Shown one piece after another: positions 8,874-20,853 of a stretch of DNA of 35,529 nt (the stretch's first letter is position 1; each line of letters begins with the position of its first letter). The notes beneath the pieces were generated by a model that did no database searches, was not told the DNA's origin, and saw nothing but the letters and a program-made list of their open reading frames with translations. A program made the translations under genes and the position numbers. Origin of the DNA: Candidatus Caldarchaeales archaeon (GTDB taxonomy: Archaea > Thermoproteota > Nitrososphaeria_A > Caldarchaeales > Wolframiiraptoraceae); assembly GCA_039630055.1 (NCBI GenBank), contig JBCNVN010000013.1, forward strand, positions 1 to 35,529, read 5' to 3'.

Positions 8874-8907
8874 TACATTATAACTAGGTAATGTACTAGT
8901 TTATTAA
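8874..8907 (+). promoter_or_regulatory. thi4 promoter with overlapping inverted repeats (candidate repressor operator) and TATA box
   Basis: TACATTA(8874-80)/TAATGTA(8889-95) and AACTAG(8882-87)/CTAGTT(8896-8901) run into TTTATTAA (8900-07), about 28 nt upstream of the ATG. Confidence 0.5.
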
Positions 8908-8934
8908 CATGCTATTTTACCTCACAGTTGTGAA

Positions 8935-9726
8935 ATGATCGAAGAATCACAGATTACGAGATTGATAATTGAGAGAACCTTGAAGGATTGGTTAGATATA
9001 GCCGAGGTTGATGTAGTGATAGTTGGGGCGGGCCCAGCAGGTTTAACCGCTGCATACTATCTATCGAAGGCAGGTCTCAAGACGGTTGTCTTCGAGAGAA
9101 AGCTTTCATTTGGAGGAGGGATTGGAGGTGGAGGAATGCTTTTCCACAAGATAGTAGTCCAGTCCCCTGCAGACCAGGTATTAAGAGATATTAATTGTCG
9201 ACATGAAAAGGTAGCAGAAGGTCTCTACATACTAGATAATGGAGAGATGATAGCCAAGCTTGCAGCCTCTGCGATCGATTCAGGAGCAAAGATAATTCTA
9301 GGTGTATCAGTCGAGGATGTTATCTATAGAGATGGCCAAACTCCAAAGATAACAGGCGTCGTCGTTCAGTGGACTGCTGTAGAGTTATCAGGGCTTCACG
9401 TAGACCCGATCGGGATCAAGGCGAGAGCCGTAGTTGATTGTACTGGTCATCCTGCAGAGGTCTTATCAATCGTCGCCAAGAAGAATCCTGAAATAGGTTT
9501 ACAGATTAGAGGAGAGAAATCTATGTGGGCTTCTGAAGGAGAAAGATTGGTAGTTGAGAACACAGGCGAGATTTGTGAAGGTCTTTGGGCTGCAGGGATG
9601 GCTGTCGCAGCAGTCTACTCTCTTCCTAGAATGGGTCCGATATTCGGTGGAATGATCCTTAGTGGAAGAAAAGTCTCAGAAATGATAATCTCTAAACTCT
9701 TAGGCAGAAAACTCGATAGATTCTAA
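8935..9726 (+). CDS. thi4: Thiamine thiazole synthase (sulfide-dependent, non-Cys type)
   Basis: [28 protein letters not shown] (His in place of the suicidal Cys), [10 protein letters not shown]. Confidence 0.95.
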   Translation: MIEESQITRLIIERTLKDWLDIAEVDVVIVGAGPAGLTAAYYLSKAGLKTVVFERKLSFGGGIGGGGMLFHKIVVQSPADQVLRDINCRHEKVAEGLYILDNGEMIAKLAASAIDSGAKIILGVSVEDVIYRDGQTPKITGVVVQWTAVELSGLHVDPIGIKARAVVDCTGHPAEVLSIVAKKNPEIGLQIRGEKSMWASEGERLVVENTGEICEGLWAAGMAVAAVYSLPRMGPIFGGMILSGRKVSEMIISKLLGRKLDRF

Positions 9727-10832
9727 TCATACATTCTTCTTTCAAATTCTAGTAACCTCTTCAAAGCCTTTATTTTTTCTTCCCTCTCCAAATCAGTAGA
9801 TTCTATTATAGATTTCAAGAATTCTATCGATTTATTCATCTTCTTTCTAGAAACTGGGTAGGGCACCCCATCTTTTCCACCATGAGCGAATGTGAACTTT
9901 ATAGGATCTCTCCAATCTATCTCCACACCATAGATTAGAGCTGATATTAAAGCCAGAGATCTAAGTGTTGACGGACCCATCCCCTCGATTCCTATTAGCT
10001 CTTCATAATTTCTAGGTCTCACATCGTACGCTATCTTGACTGCAGACCAGTTTATCCTTCTAGGCATGTCTAGATGTGGTGGAAGCTCCAACTCTAGCTG
10101 GGGCTCAATCCATCTAGTTAGAGTTTCTTGTCTATCTCTTGCGAGATTGACCAATCTTATAAGTCTAGAAGGATTCTCAGATACTAGGTCTACCGAAGCC
10201 TTTCTTACCTCTCTACACTGCTTAGATGTTAAGTTTAAGACTATTCTCTCAACTCTATCCCCAACTATTCCACTATGTGGTTCTTCTACAAAGCTTACAA
10301 CATCTTCTCCAATCCAATGATATCTTCTAGCATACATCCTCCCAGTATTCATTCCTTGTTGAATCACAGTCCAATAACCATCCTCTGTAAAGATTATTGC
10401 ATGATGATATATCCGGTAACCATCCTGTAATAATGCATTATCTACTTTTGCAGAAAGCTTACTTGCTCTAGCAAGTCTCATAGCAGATTCTTTAGAGATA
10501 TCCATCTCTTGGAGGGTTTCAGGAACTCTAAGCCCCGCCGCCCCCTTTCCTCCAACCACAGCAATCCCATGTGATTCGAGTCTCACAGCATCCCTCAATG
10601 CTCCAATCACCACTGTTGTCAATCCACTAGAGTGCCAATCGAAACCTAGCAAACATCCAAATGCTTGAAACCAGTATGGGTCTCCAAACCTTCTCAAAAC
10701 CTCTCTTCTACCAAGCTCTGACTCTACCATAACCTTGATGATTATGCTAGCTAGAGACTTCATCTTATCCATTAACCACTTGGGGACATGGCCTGAATGG
10801 AGTGGAAGATCTGCGGTTCCACTAAGGCTCAA
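9723..10832 (-). CDS. DUF763 domain protein
   Basis: [54 protein letters not shown]. Confidence 0.9.
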   Translation of the reverse strand: MSLSGTADLPLHSGHVPKWLMDKMKSLASIIIKVMVESELGRREVLRRFGDPYWFQAFGCLLGFDWHSSGLTTVVIGALRDAVRLESHGIAVVGGKGAAGLRVPETLQEMDISKESAMRLARASKLSAKVDNALLQDGYRIYHHAIIFTEDGYWTVIQQGMNTGRMYARRYHWIGEDVVSFVEEPHSGIVGDRVERIVLNLTSKQCREVRKASVDLVSENPSRLIRLVNLARDRQETLTRWIEPQLELELPPHLDMPRRINWSAVKIAYDVRPRNYEELIGIEGMGPSTLRSLALISALIYGVEIDWRDPIKFTFAHGGKDGVPYPVSRKKMNKSIEFLKSIIESTDLEREEKIKALKRLLEFERRMYD

Positions 10833-10954
10833 CCTTAAACCAATTGATATCTCATGGAACAGCTTATTAGATATTTTTAAAGATTATAATTCGATCAATA
10901 TACGCTATGTTAAAGAACAAGTATGAAATATCTAGATGGAGGTGAAATTGGAAT

Positions 10955-13183
10955 ATGCAATCAGACCTCTTCATAGTTTCAGTATTATCTATAATATCAG
11001 GGGTTGCAGGTGTATTAGTCGCCATAATCCTATACTATTTTGTACAGAAGTATTCGGTTGGCTCTGGGAAGATGATCGAGGTTTGGAACGCTATAAGGGA
11101 GGGAGCGAAGGCTTACATGGCCAAACAGATAAAGACGATAATGTCTTTTACGCTTGCTTTATCCATCGCTATAATGGTGATGATATACATTGTTTACACC
11201 TCTCTGATGAATATACCTTCAGATATAGCTTTAAGAGAATCGATATTAACCGCTTTCTCAGTAATTGTAGGTGGGGCTGCATCTATATCTGCAGCCTTCT
11301 TTAGCATGGATGCATCTACTAGAACAAATGTTAGAGTTGCTGAAGCCGGGAAGAAGAGTAGTTTAGAAGCCTTAAAGGTATCTGTACTTGGTGGAGGTGT
11401 ACTCGGATTCTCAGTATATAGCTTAAGCTTACTGGGGCTCTCAATACTATTTGTACTCTATATTATGTTCGGCGGCGGCCTACCAGAGGAAGTAGAGTAT
11501 AGGATGGTCTTAGATGCGCTTGCTGGATTCGCATTCGGTGCCAGCCTCTCAGCATTATTTGCACAGCTTGGTGGAGGAATATATACGAAAGCAGCAGATA
11601 TAGGTGCAGACCTTGTCGGGAAGGTAGAGGCAGGCATACCTGAAGACGACCCAAGGAATCCAGCCGTCATAGCCGATCAGGTGGGAGACAATGTAGGAGA
11701 CTGTGCAGGAAGGGGAGCGGACATCTTTGAATCAGTTACCGCTGAAACTCTTGGAGGAATGATAATTGGATGGGTTTTATATGTTTTAACAGGTCAATCA
11801 TTATTCATCGTTCTGCCTCTAGCTATAGGTGCAGTGGGAATAATATCCACTATAGCCGGATTGTTTGGAATACTATATTATCGTAATTTTAGAGAAGCAT
11901 TCGAGCCCTTCGCATTCGGGGTAGTAGTCTCAGCATTAACATCAATAATAACATATGCTGTGGTCGTTTACCTGCTCTTCCCCCTACAATGGCTCTATAT
12001 GCTAGTGGCAGGAGCAGCTGGAATAATTGGAGCAACGCTAGTAGTACTATCTACTAATAGATATACAGGTATGAAATCTAAGATAGTGAGAGAAGTAGCC
12101 TACGCTTCTCAGAGTGGTCCAGCGATAAACATCTTATCTGGATTATCAACAGGGTTAAGAGCGGTAGCTGAACCCATCATAATAATAGCTGCAGCCCTTG
12201 GCATAGCTTTCTACGCTGGTAAGAGCATGCCGCTACCAGGATTAGAAGAGAGCTGGCTAATAGATTTCGTTAAGGGAGTCTTCGGAACAGCCTTAGCTAC
12301 CAGAGGAATGCTATCCCTAGCAGGAACGATCATGACATTAGACGGCGCTGGTCCTATAGCTGATAATGCTGGAGGGATAGCTGAGATGGCTGGATTGGAA
12401 GATAGAGTAAGAGCAAATCTAGATCCCTTGGATGCGGTTGGAAACACGACGAAAGCTCTCACAAAAGGATACGCTATGGCCTCAGCTACAATTGCTACAT
12501 TATTACTCTTTCAAGCATTCATACAAGATTATGTAGCTAGAAAAGTAGGTATAATTGAGTTGGACACGGCTGGATTATTAGGAGCGATGAAAGAATTCAT
12601 AGACTACATAATACTGTTGAGACCCGATATAATAATATCTGTGCTAGTAGGAGCACTCCTCCCATACCTATTCTCAGGGACTGCGCTAAAGACGGTATCC
12701 ATAGCTGCCTTCAGGATGGTTGAAGAAGTAAGAAGACAATTTAGAGAGATACCGGGACTACTCGATGGAAATGCTAAGCCAGATTATTACAAAGCAGTAT
12801 CGATAAGTACAGAGTATGCTTTGAAGAGCATGGTTAAACCAAGCCTAATAATAATCGTTACACCGTTGATAATCGGCATTCTATTCGGTGGACCTGGTGT
12901 AGGTGCCCTAGTAATAGGTGCAACAGCCTCTACCATACCCTTAGCGATAATGATGATGTGGGGTGGTGCGACATGGGACAATGCAAAGAAGTTTATTGAG
13001 GCAGGAAACCTAGGTGGAAAACGTTCTCCCACACATCAGGCGGCCGTCGTAGGAGATACTGTTGGAGATCCATTAAAAGATACTGTTGGACCATCACTCC
13101 ATATCCTGATAAAGCTTCTAAACACGATCTCACTAGTCTTCATACCATTGTACTTCCTATGGATTCTCCAATCTATCATATGA
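10955..13183 (+). CDS. hppA: Membrane-bound pyrophosphatase, K+-independent H+-pumping type
   Basis: GGGIYTKAADIGADLVGKVEAGIPEDDPRNP, DNAGGIAEM, GNTTKA (Lys marks the K+-independent type), GDTVGDPLKDT. GGAGGTG SD upstream. Confidence 0.96.
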   Translation: MQSDLFIVSVLSIISGVAGVLVAIILYYFVQKYSVGSGKMIEVWNAIREGAKAYMAKQIKTIMSFTLALSIAIMVMIYIVYTSLMNIPSDIALRESILTAFSVIVGGAASISAAFFSMDASTRTNVRVAEAGKKSSLEALKVSVLGGGVLGFSVYSLSLLGLSILFVLYIMFGGGLPEEVEYRMVLDALAGFAFGASLSALFAQLGGGIYTKAADIGADLVGKVEAGIPEDDPRNPAVIADQVGDNVGDCAGRGADIFESVTAETLGGMIIGWVLYVLTGQSLFIVLPLAIGAVGIISTIAGLFGILYYRNFREAFEPFAFGVVVSALTSIITYAVVVYLLFPLQWLYMLVAGAAGIIGATLVVLSTNRYTGMKSKIVREVAYASQSGPAINILSGLSTGLRAVAEPIIIIAAALGIAFYAGKSMPLPGLEESWLIDFVKGVFGTALATRGMLSLAGTIMTLDGAGPIADNAGGIAEMAGLEDRVRANLDPLDAVGNTTKALTKGYAMASATIATLLLFQAFIQDYVARKVGIIELDTAGLLGAMKEFIDYIILLRPDIIISVLVGALLPYLFSGTALKTVSIAAFRMVEEVRRQFREIPGLLDGNAKPDYYKAVSISTEYALKSMVKPSLIIIVTPLIIGILFGGPGVGALVIGATASTIPLAIMMMWGGATWDNAKKFIEAGNLGGKRSPTHQAAVVGDTVGDPLKDTVGPSLHILIKLLNTISLVFIPLYFLWILQSII

Positions 13184-13209
13184 CCTCTCAAATTTGAGAA
13201 GATGGAAAG

Positions 13210-13234
13210 AGTATTTATATACCCTATAAATACT
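13210..13234. promoter_or_regulatory. Perfect 10-bp inverted repeat (candidate operator) upstream of the HTH regulator
   Basis: AGTATTTATA-TACCC-TATAAATACT, with an extra half-site TATAAATAC at 13266-13274 abutting the GTG start. Confidence 0.55.
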
Positions 13235-13274
13235 TGTACGAATACTTTAATATTCCCAACCTATATATAAATAC

Positions 13275-13808
13275 GTGAGCCTTCTCGAAGAACTTCGAGG
13301 AAACCTTCATGTATTATTCTCAGAAATAGAATTAGAGGTTTTGGATTATCTGAGTAGGCATCCATGGGGAGCAACCGTATACGAGATAGCTAAGAGCATA
13401 AATCGTTCTTCAAAGACTTTGTACACCATTCTGAAAATACTCCAGAAGAATGGGTGGGTTATTATCGTTAGAGAGAAGAATGGAAGTATTGGTAGACCTA
13501 AAAACAAATATGTGCTTAGATGCGGTCTGTCAACTATAACGAAAGAATTAGAAGATTGTGAATGCAAAGTTAACTCGAGTCATACGAAGTTTCTGAACCT
13601 ATCCGAGATAGCTTATCCATATTCTTTAACGATCTTTAAGAGATACCTAACCACCCTCAGTTATGGAGAATGCCTAGTAATATTATTGAGAGATGATAAT
13701 GATTGTAAACCATTTATAGAAACAGCTGATAAGAAGAATGTAAAGCTAATGAAGATTAAATTTGACTCTCCCTACATCCAGATGATCTTTAAGAAGACAT
13801 GGACTTGA
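13275..13808 (+). CDS. Winged-helix transcriptional regulator with a C-terminal TusA/SirA-like domain
   Basis: N-terminus ATVYEIAKSINRSSKTLYTILKILQKNGWV...GRPKNKY (wHTH). C-terminus LNLSEIAYPYSLTIFKRYLTTLSYGECLVILL...IQMIFKK follows the TusA pattern. Confidence 0.7.
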   Translation: MSLLEELRGNLHVLFSEIELEVLDYLSRHPWGATVYEIAKSINRSSKTLYTILKILQKNGWVIIVREKNGSIGRPKNKYVLRCGLSTITKELEDCECKVNSSHTKFLNLSEIAYPYSLTIFKRYLTTLSYGECLVILLRDDNDCKPFIETADKKNVKLMKIKFDSPYIQMIFKKTWT

Positions 13809-13915
13809 CTCATAAAATCTAGACCTAGAATAATAGCATTCGTTTAAGATACATGATATGAACATCATCTATAAAAATTCTTATATTCCTTAAACTAAAC
13901 TAGTCATGAGATTGG

Positions 13916-14878
13916 ATGCCTGGGCTTGAAGGTAGAGATCTATTAAAGAGTATATCTGATGAGATTAAGGATCTTGTTGGAAAGGTTTCAGAGAGCGTTG
14001 CAAGTGTTATAACTACGTCTTTGACTATGGATGCTTTTCTCAGAGTTGTACCAGTTAGAGGTGTCGGCTCTGCATTCGTCATCTCAGAAGATGGATATCT
14101 TGTAACGAATAGCCATGTTATAGCAAGGGCAGAATCCATAACACTCTTGATAAAAGATGAGACTTTACAGGCTAGAATAATATCGATCGATCCCTCGAGA
14201 GATATCGCATTATTAAGGGCTCAAACTAATAAGCTTAAACCTGTCAAGTTGGGCGACTCAGATAAAGTTAGCATAGGAGAAGTGGTGCTGGCGATAGGAA
14301 GCCCCCTCGGTTTACCGGGTCCCAGCGTTACTCTAGGCGTTGTAAGCGCAAAGGGTAGAGCTATAGAAGGAGAAGGATTCATACTGGAAGACCTGATACA
14401 GACCGATGCCTCGATAAATCCTGGAAACAGTGGTGGCCCCCTAATAAACATGCAGGGTGAAGTTATAGGAGTTACCACTGCGATGATACCTTTCGCGCAA
14501 GGGATTGGATTCGCTATTCCGATAAATACTGTGAAACGCTTTATAGAAATGATATCGAGGTATGGTAGACCCATCAGGGCTTACATAGGTGTAATTACTA
14601 CTTCTTTGAGCGACCAGATAGCCAGATATTATGGGATGCCAGTTCGGGAGGGGTTGCTTGTATTAAGGGTTTTAAGAGGCAGTCCATCCCACCTCTATGG
14701 GATTCAAGAAGGAGATATCATTACGCATGCTAACTTGCACAAATTAAAGAATGTAGGTGATCTTAGAAAGATAATAGAAGAGTCTCTTGAAGCTGGTAGA
14801 ATTAGCTTAACAGTAATTAGAGGTCATAGGAAGATCGAGTTAGAATTACCGATCGCTGTTGAAGAGATAGGGTTCTAG
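13916..14878 (+). CDS. htrA: HtrA/DegP-family serine protease with one PDZ domain
   Basis: GSAFVI, TNSHV, DIAL, QTDASINPGNSGGPL catalytic triad and a C-terminal PDZ domain. Confidence 0.93.
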   Translation: MPGLEGRDLLKSISDEIKDLVGKVSESVASVITTSLTMDAFLRVVPVRGVGSAFVISEDGYLVTNSHVIARAESITLLIKDETLQARIISIDPSRDIALLRAQTNKLKPVKLGDSDKVSIGEVVLAIGSPLGLPGPSVTLGVVSAKGRAIEGEGFILEDLIQTDASINPGNSGGPLINMQGEVIGVTTAMIPFAQGIGFAIPINTVKRFIEMISRYGRPIRAYIGVITTSLSDQIARYYGMPVREGLLVLRVLRGSPSHLYGIQEGDIITHANLHKLKNVGDLRKIIEESLEAGRISLTVIRGHRKIELELPIAVEEIGF

Positions 14879-14897
14879 CTCCTTAAAGATTCTAGAT

Positions 14898-15323
14898 TTA
14901 GGGTGGGGTAATCTTAATCGCTTTTACTGGGCAAGCAGCCTCACAAGCCATACAGAATATACAATCCTTCTCCCTAATGGGATCAGATTTATCGGTACGA
15001 TATTTTTCATAAAGTTCCTTGCTTAGGGGCCAAAGGTCGTTTCCAGTACCCTTCTTACCTGGGTTCAGAGCCCATTCAAAAACATCTACAGGACATACAT
15101 CCATGCATGCTCCATCCGCTATACAGCAATCCCAATCTACTGCAACTTGTGTCCCATGTATTCCAAGCTTGGTAGGATAGGGCTTACCCTCAGCATCTAG
15201 TCTCTGTATACCTTCAGCCCTTACAGAATGTTCATTATGTTCTCCTGTTATAGGATATTCTACTGTCTTATTGAGGAATTCGGGATCGATTGGTTTAGGT
15301 TTAAAATCTACAGGTCTAACCAT
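14898..15323 (-). CDS. zfx: Zinc-containing dicluster (3Fe-4S/4Fe-4S) ferredoxin
   Basis: N-terminal extension with HNEH..GIHG Zn-ligand histidines; CIADGAC..CP and CIFCMAC..CP cluster motifs. Confidence 0.9.
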   Translation of the reverse strand: MVRPVDFKPKPIDPEFLNKTVEYPITGEHNEHSVRAEGIQRLDAEGKPYPTKLGIHGTQVAVDWDCCIADGACMDVCPVDVFEWALNPGKKGTGNDLWPLSKELYEKYRTDKSDPIREKDCIFCMACEAACPVKAIKITPP

Positions 15324-15412
15324 GTATACCTACCTTCTTGTAGCTTATTTAAATTTTACTGTAGGATTTTTCCAGTTAAAAAGATTTATAGTACTTAGTC
15401 AATATTTATATT

Positions 15413-15733
15413 ATGGAATATCAACATTCAGAGAAAAAAGTAGACTGTAGAGATTGTGAATACTTTACTGTCCATCCAAGCTATCCATACATGGTAATCT
15501 GTCTCGAAAAACAACAACTAGTCTCCCTGCCGAGACAGGTATGTAAAGATTTTGTAGAGAGAACCTGGCAAAAATTGGTTGATACATTATCTGAGAGGGG
15601 CTTCCTATACTGTGCTATATGTAATAAGCCAATATACAACATAGATGAATTGACTAGACATAGAAGAGAGTTTATTCCATACGAGTCCATACCAGATGAT
15701 GTAGCATTTGAGGAGGCCCCAGCAGCAGACTAA
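15413..15733 (+). CDS. Small Cys-rich hypothetical metal-binding protein
   Basis: CRDC...C...C and CAIC...H motifs with an acidic tail. Co-oriented and 45 bp upstream of OFOR alpha. Confidence 0.75.
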   Translation: MEYQHSEKKVDCRDCEYFTVHPSYPYMVICLEKQQLVSLPRQVCKDFVERTWQKLVDTLSERGFLYCAICNKPIYNIDELTRHRREFIPYESIPDDVAFEEAPAAD

Positions 15734-15778
15734 GTAATTAAATAAAGTTCTTAACGTGGTTTATATGATATATCACCG

Positions 15779-18614
<2,836 letters not shown>

Positions 18615-18895
18615 CTGAATTCACGTTATATCTTCTTCTTAAACAATGAGCTTGAACCAGATAGCAGGACAATTCATGTACATGGGTGGGAAAAAATAGT
18701 TAAAATGAAAGATAATAGCGATATTAGTTTAAAGACAATAACATCATCATACAATATCTAAACTAATTAAACGAACGATAAATCAAATCTGATGCAGAGA
18801 CTCAAATCAATCGTATTCTAACTATTTTTGATTATATATCGAGGTATTTTCTATGAGTAAATTTCTTAAAGTATTCATGGACTATCATTATTGAT

Positions 18896-19639
18896 TTGAT
18901 GGATATCGACTGGATTGTGGGAAAGCTTAAGGAATCTCTTCTCAAAAGAGAACTAATAATAATAGTTGGATTATTCGAGGTCTTATATGAAGGTAGAGCT
19001 TCATCTAAACTCGGATTAGGTGAAAGATTACTGATGATAAAATCTGATTATAGTGTTATCATTCATCGCCCAGTTAGTTATGAACCCGTTAATTGGCAGC
19101 CACCAAGATCAAAGATTGAAGTTAAGATTGTTGACGGGAAGCTTACCATAGAGGCAAGAAGACCTAAACCTGCAGAGTTGCTAATAGTAAAGTTCGCCGA
19201 GGTTTACCATTTTTCATCTTTTAAGTTGAGAGATGAGGCTGAATTTCACATGTATGCGACAGAAGAAGATATGAAGAAAGCATTACTAATACAACCTTCT
19301 CTAATCGAGGAAGGGTTTAAGATATTGGAAGAAGAAAAAAGTATACGTCCATCAGGTTTTATAGATATATTCGGTACTGATCTCTCTGGAAGGTTAGTAG
19401 TAGTAGAGATTAAGAGAAGAGAGGTGACGGTTGAAGATATACGTCAGTTAGTCCAATATGTTAATAGTATTGAGAGAGAGGTTGGGAAGAGGCCTAGAGC
19501 AATAATAGCTGCACCAAAAATTCAGAAATCAGCGACAAGAGAACTTAAACTACATAATGTAGAGTTTAAATGTATATCTCCGAGAAAATGTATGGAGGTC
19601 TTGGAGAAGACAAGAGGTTTAGACAGATTTAGATCTTAG
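18896..19639 (+). CDS. nucS: Endonuclease NucS/EndoMS
   Basis: YEGRASSKLG, PVNWQPP, EEDM, GFIDIFG..VVVEIKR, QLVQY. Confidence 0.92.
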   Translation: MMDIDWIVGKLKESLLKRELIIIVGLFEVLYEGRASSKLGLGERLLMIKSDYSVIIHRPVSYEPVNWQPPRSKIEVKIVDGKLTIEARRPKPAELLIVKFAEVYHFSSFKLRDEAEFHMYATEEDMKKALLIQPSLIEEGFKILEEEKSIRPSGFIDIFGTDLSGRLVVVEIKRREVTVEDIRQLVQYVNSIEREVGKRPRAIIAAPKIQKSATRELKLHNVEFKCISPRKCMEVLEKTRGLDRFRS

Positions 19640-20853
19640 AAGAGTAATATTTTCTTCTGTATTACCATCTCTTCTATTCTAGTTATGTGTTGAAGTTCCT
19701 CTTTCACGATCTCTACCGCTTCATTTATCATGTTTCTCTCATTACAATTAGATTCTGGAATATATTGTAATGACACTGCTAGAGGCTTGTTGATAGGTCT
19801 ACCTATCTGGCTTAGAAGCCTAACATAAACTTCTTCTACACCTCCCACCTCTTGATATATTCTTTCAGCTATCATCTTGGCCACTACATTATAGATTTTT
19901 CCCACATGTGATCTTGCATTCTTCCCTGCTGCAGCTTCTAGAGACATCTGTCTATTAGGTGTTATTAATCCATTGACTCTATTTCCTCTACCAGTATTTC
20001 CATCATCACCACTTTCAGCAGATGTTCCAGTAACGGTCAAGTATACAGAGTTCTTACTGGGAATGTCAGCTGCATTTACTTGTACGTTTATTTCTACATC
20101 CTTCTCCTCTGACAGAATTTTGGAGGCTAACCTCTCAACTTCACTCTTAATCTGTTCTTTAACCGATAGATAGTGGTCTAGGTCTGGTGTGAGATGAGCT
20201 ATTAAACTATCAGCGACGGTTATAAAATACTTTTTTCCAATTCTGAGCCCCATCACCTTACAATCTTCACCACTTTCAGGCATCTTCGACTTAAACTCTT
20301 TGGAATTTATCATCTTCTCAACCTCATAGACTATCTTCTCAAGTGGGGTGAGGGGTGAGTAACCTACTCCAAATGAAGTATCGTTGGCCAATGGGACCTC
20401 TTTATCTAGCTCCACTATGGTTTTTAAGTCTAAGCTTCCAGGTCTTACCTTCGTATCTATGATCAAATGCTCTTCTGGTTTCAAGAATCTAAAATTTTCT
20501 TGGATAAATTCTTCAACCTCTTCTCTTATCAATTTTTGGTATGGTATATCTTCATCTCCAACTTTTATCGTGGCCCTTCCAGCTATAAGTATGTAGATAG
20601 GGTCTTTGACCTCTCCTCCTCCAAACCATACTCTTGAACTACCACCTACAAGTAACCCTTTATCCAGATTATGATGTAATATCATACCATATCTCTCCTT
20701 ATAGTATCTTGATAAAGCTCTACTGGCCGCTTCACAAGCAGAGTCTATTATATAGTCTGGATGACCTAGACCCTTCCTTTCTACAAATTCTGTCTGCTGT
20801 AGATTTACAGGCACTCTATCTAGCTTTTCCACTACTATCTGAGACTTCCACAT
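19636..20853 (-). CDS. mat: S-adenosylmethionine synthetase (archaeal type)
   Basis: ERKGLGHPD, HHNLDK, ANDTS, GEDCKVMG, GDDGNTGRGNR, AGKN..SHVGKIYN. Confidence 0.97.
   Translation of the reverse strand: MWKSQIVVEKLDRVPVNLQQTEFVERKGLGHPDYIIDSACEAASRALSRYYKERYGMILHHNLDKGLLVGGSSRVWFGGGEVKDPIYILIAGRATIKVGDEDIPYQKLIREEVEEFIQENFRFLKPEEHLIIDTKVRPGSLDLKTIVELDKEVPLANDTSFGVGYSPLTPLEKIVYEVEKMINSKEFKSKMPESGEDCKVMGLRIGKKYFITVADSLIAHLTPDLDHYLSVKEQIKSEVERLASKILSEEKDVEINVQVNAADIPSKNSVYLTVTGTSAESGDDGNTGRGNRVNGLITPNRQMSLEAAAGKNARSHVGKIYNVVAKMIAERIYQEVGGVEEVYVRLLSQIGRPINKPLAVSLQYIPESNCNERNMINEAVEIVKEELQHITRIEEMVIQKKILLF

Noticed and set aside
8845-8875. GCTGAGTACCCTTG upstream of thi4 resembling a TPP riboswitch core
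   Set aside because: The downstream AACCUGAU/GUAAU..GCGUAGGGA elements and the P1-P5 stems are missing, and the sequence lies upstream of the likely TATA box.
10936-11304. 122-aa same-strand out-of-frame ORF overlapping the hppA start
   Set aside because: Its ATG is part of the hppA Shine-Dalgarno context (ATGGAGGTG), and the translation has no protein-like features. Treated as a shadow ORF.
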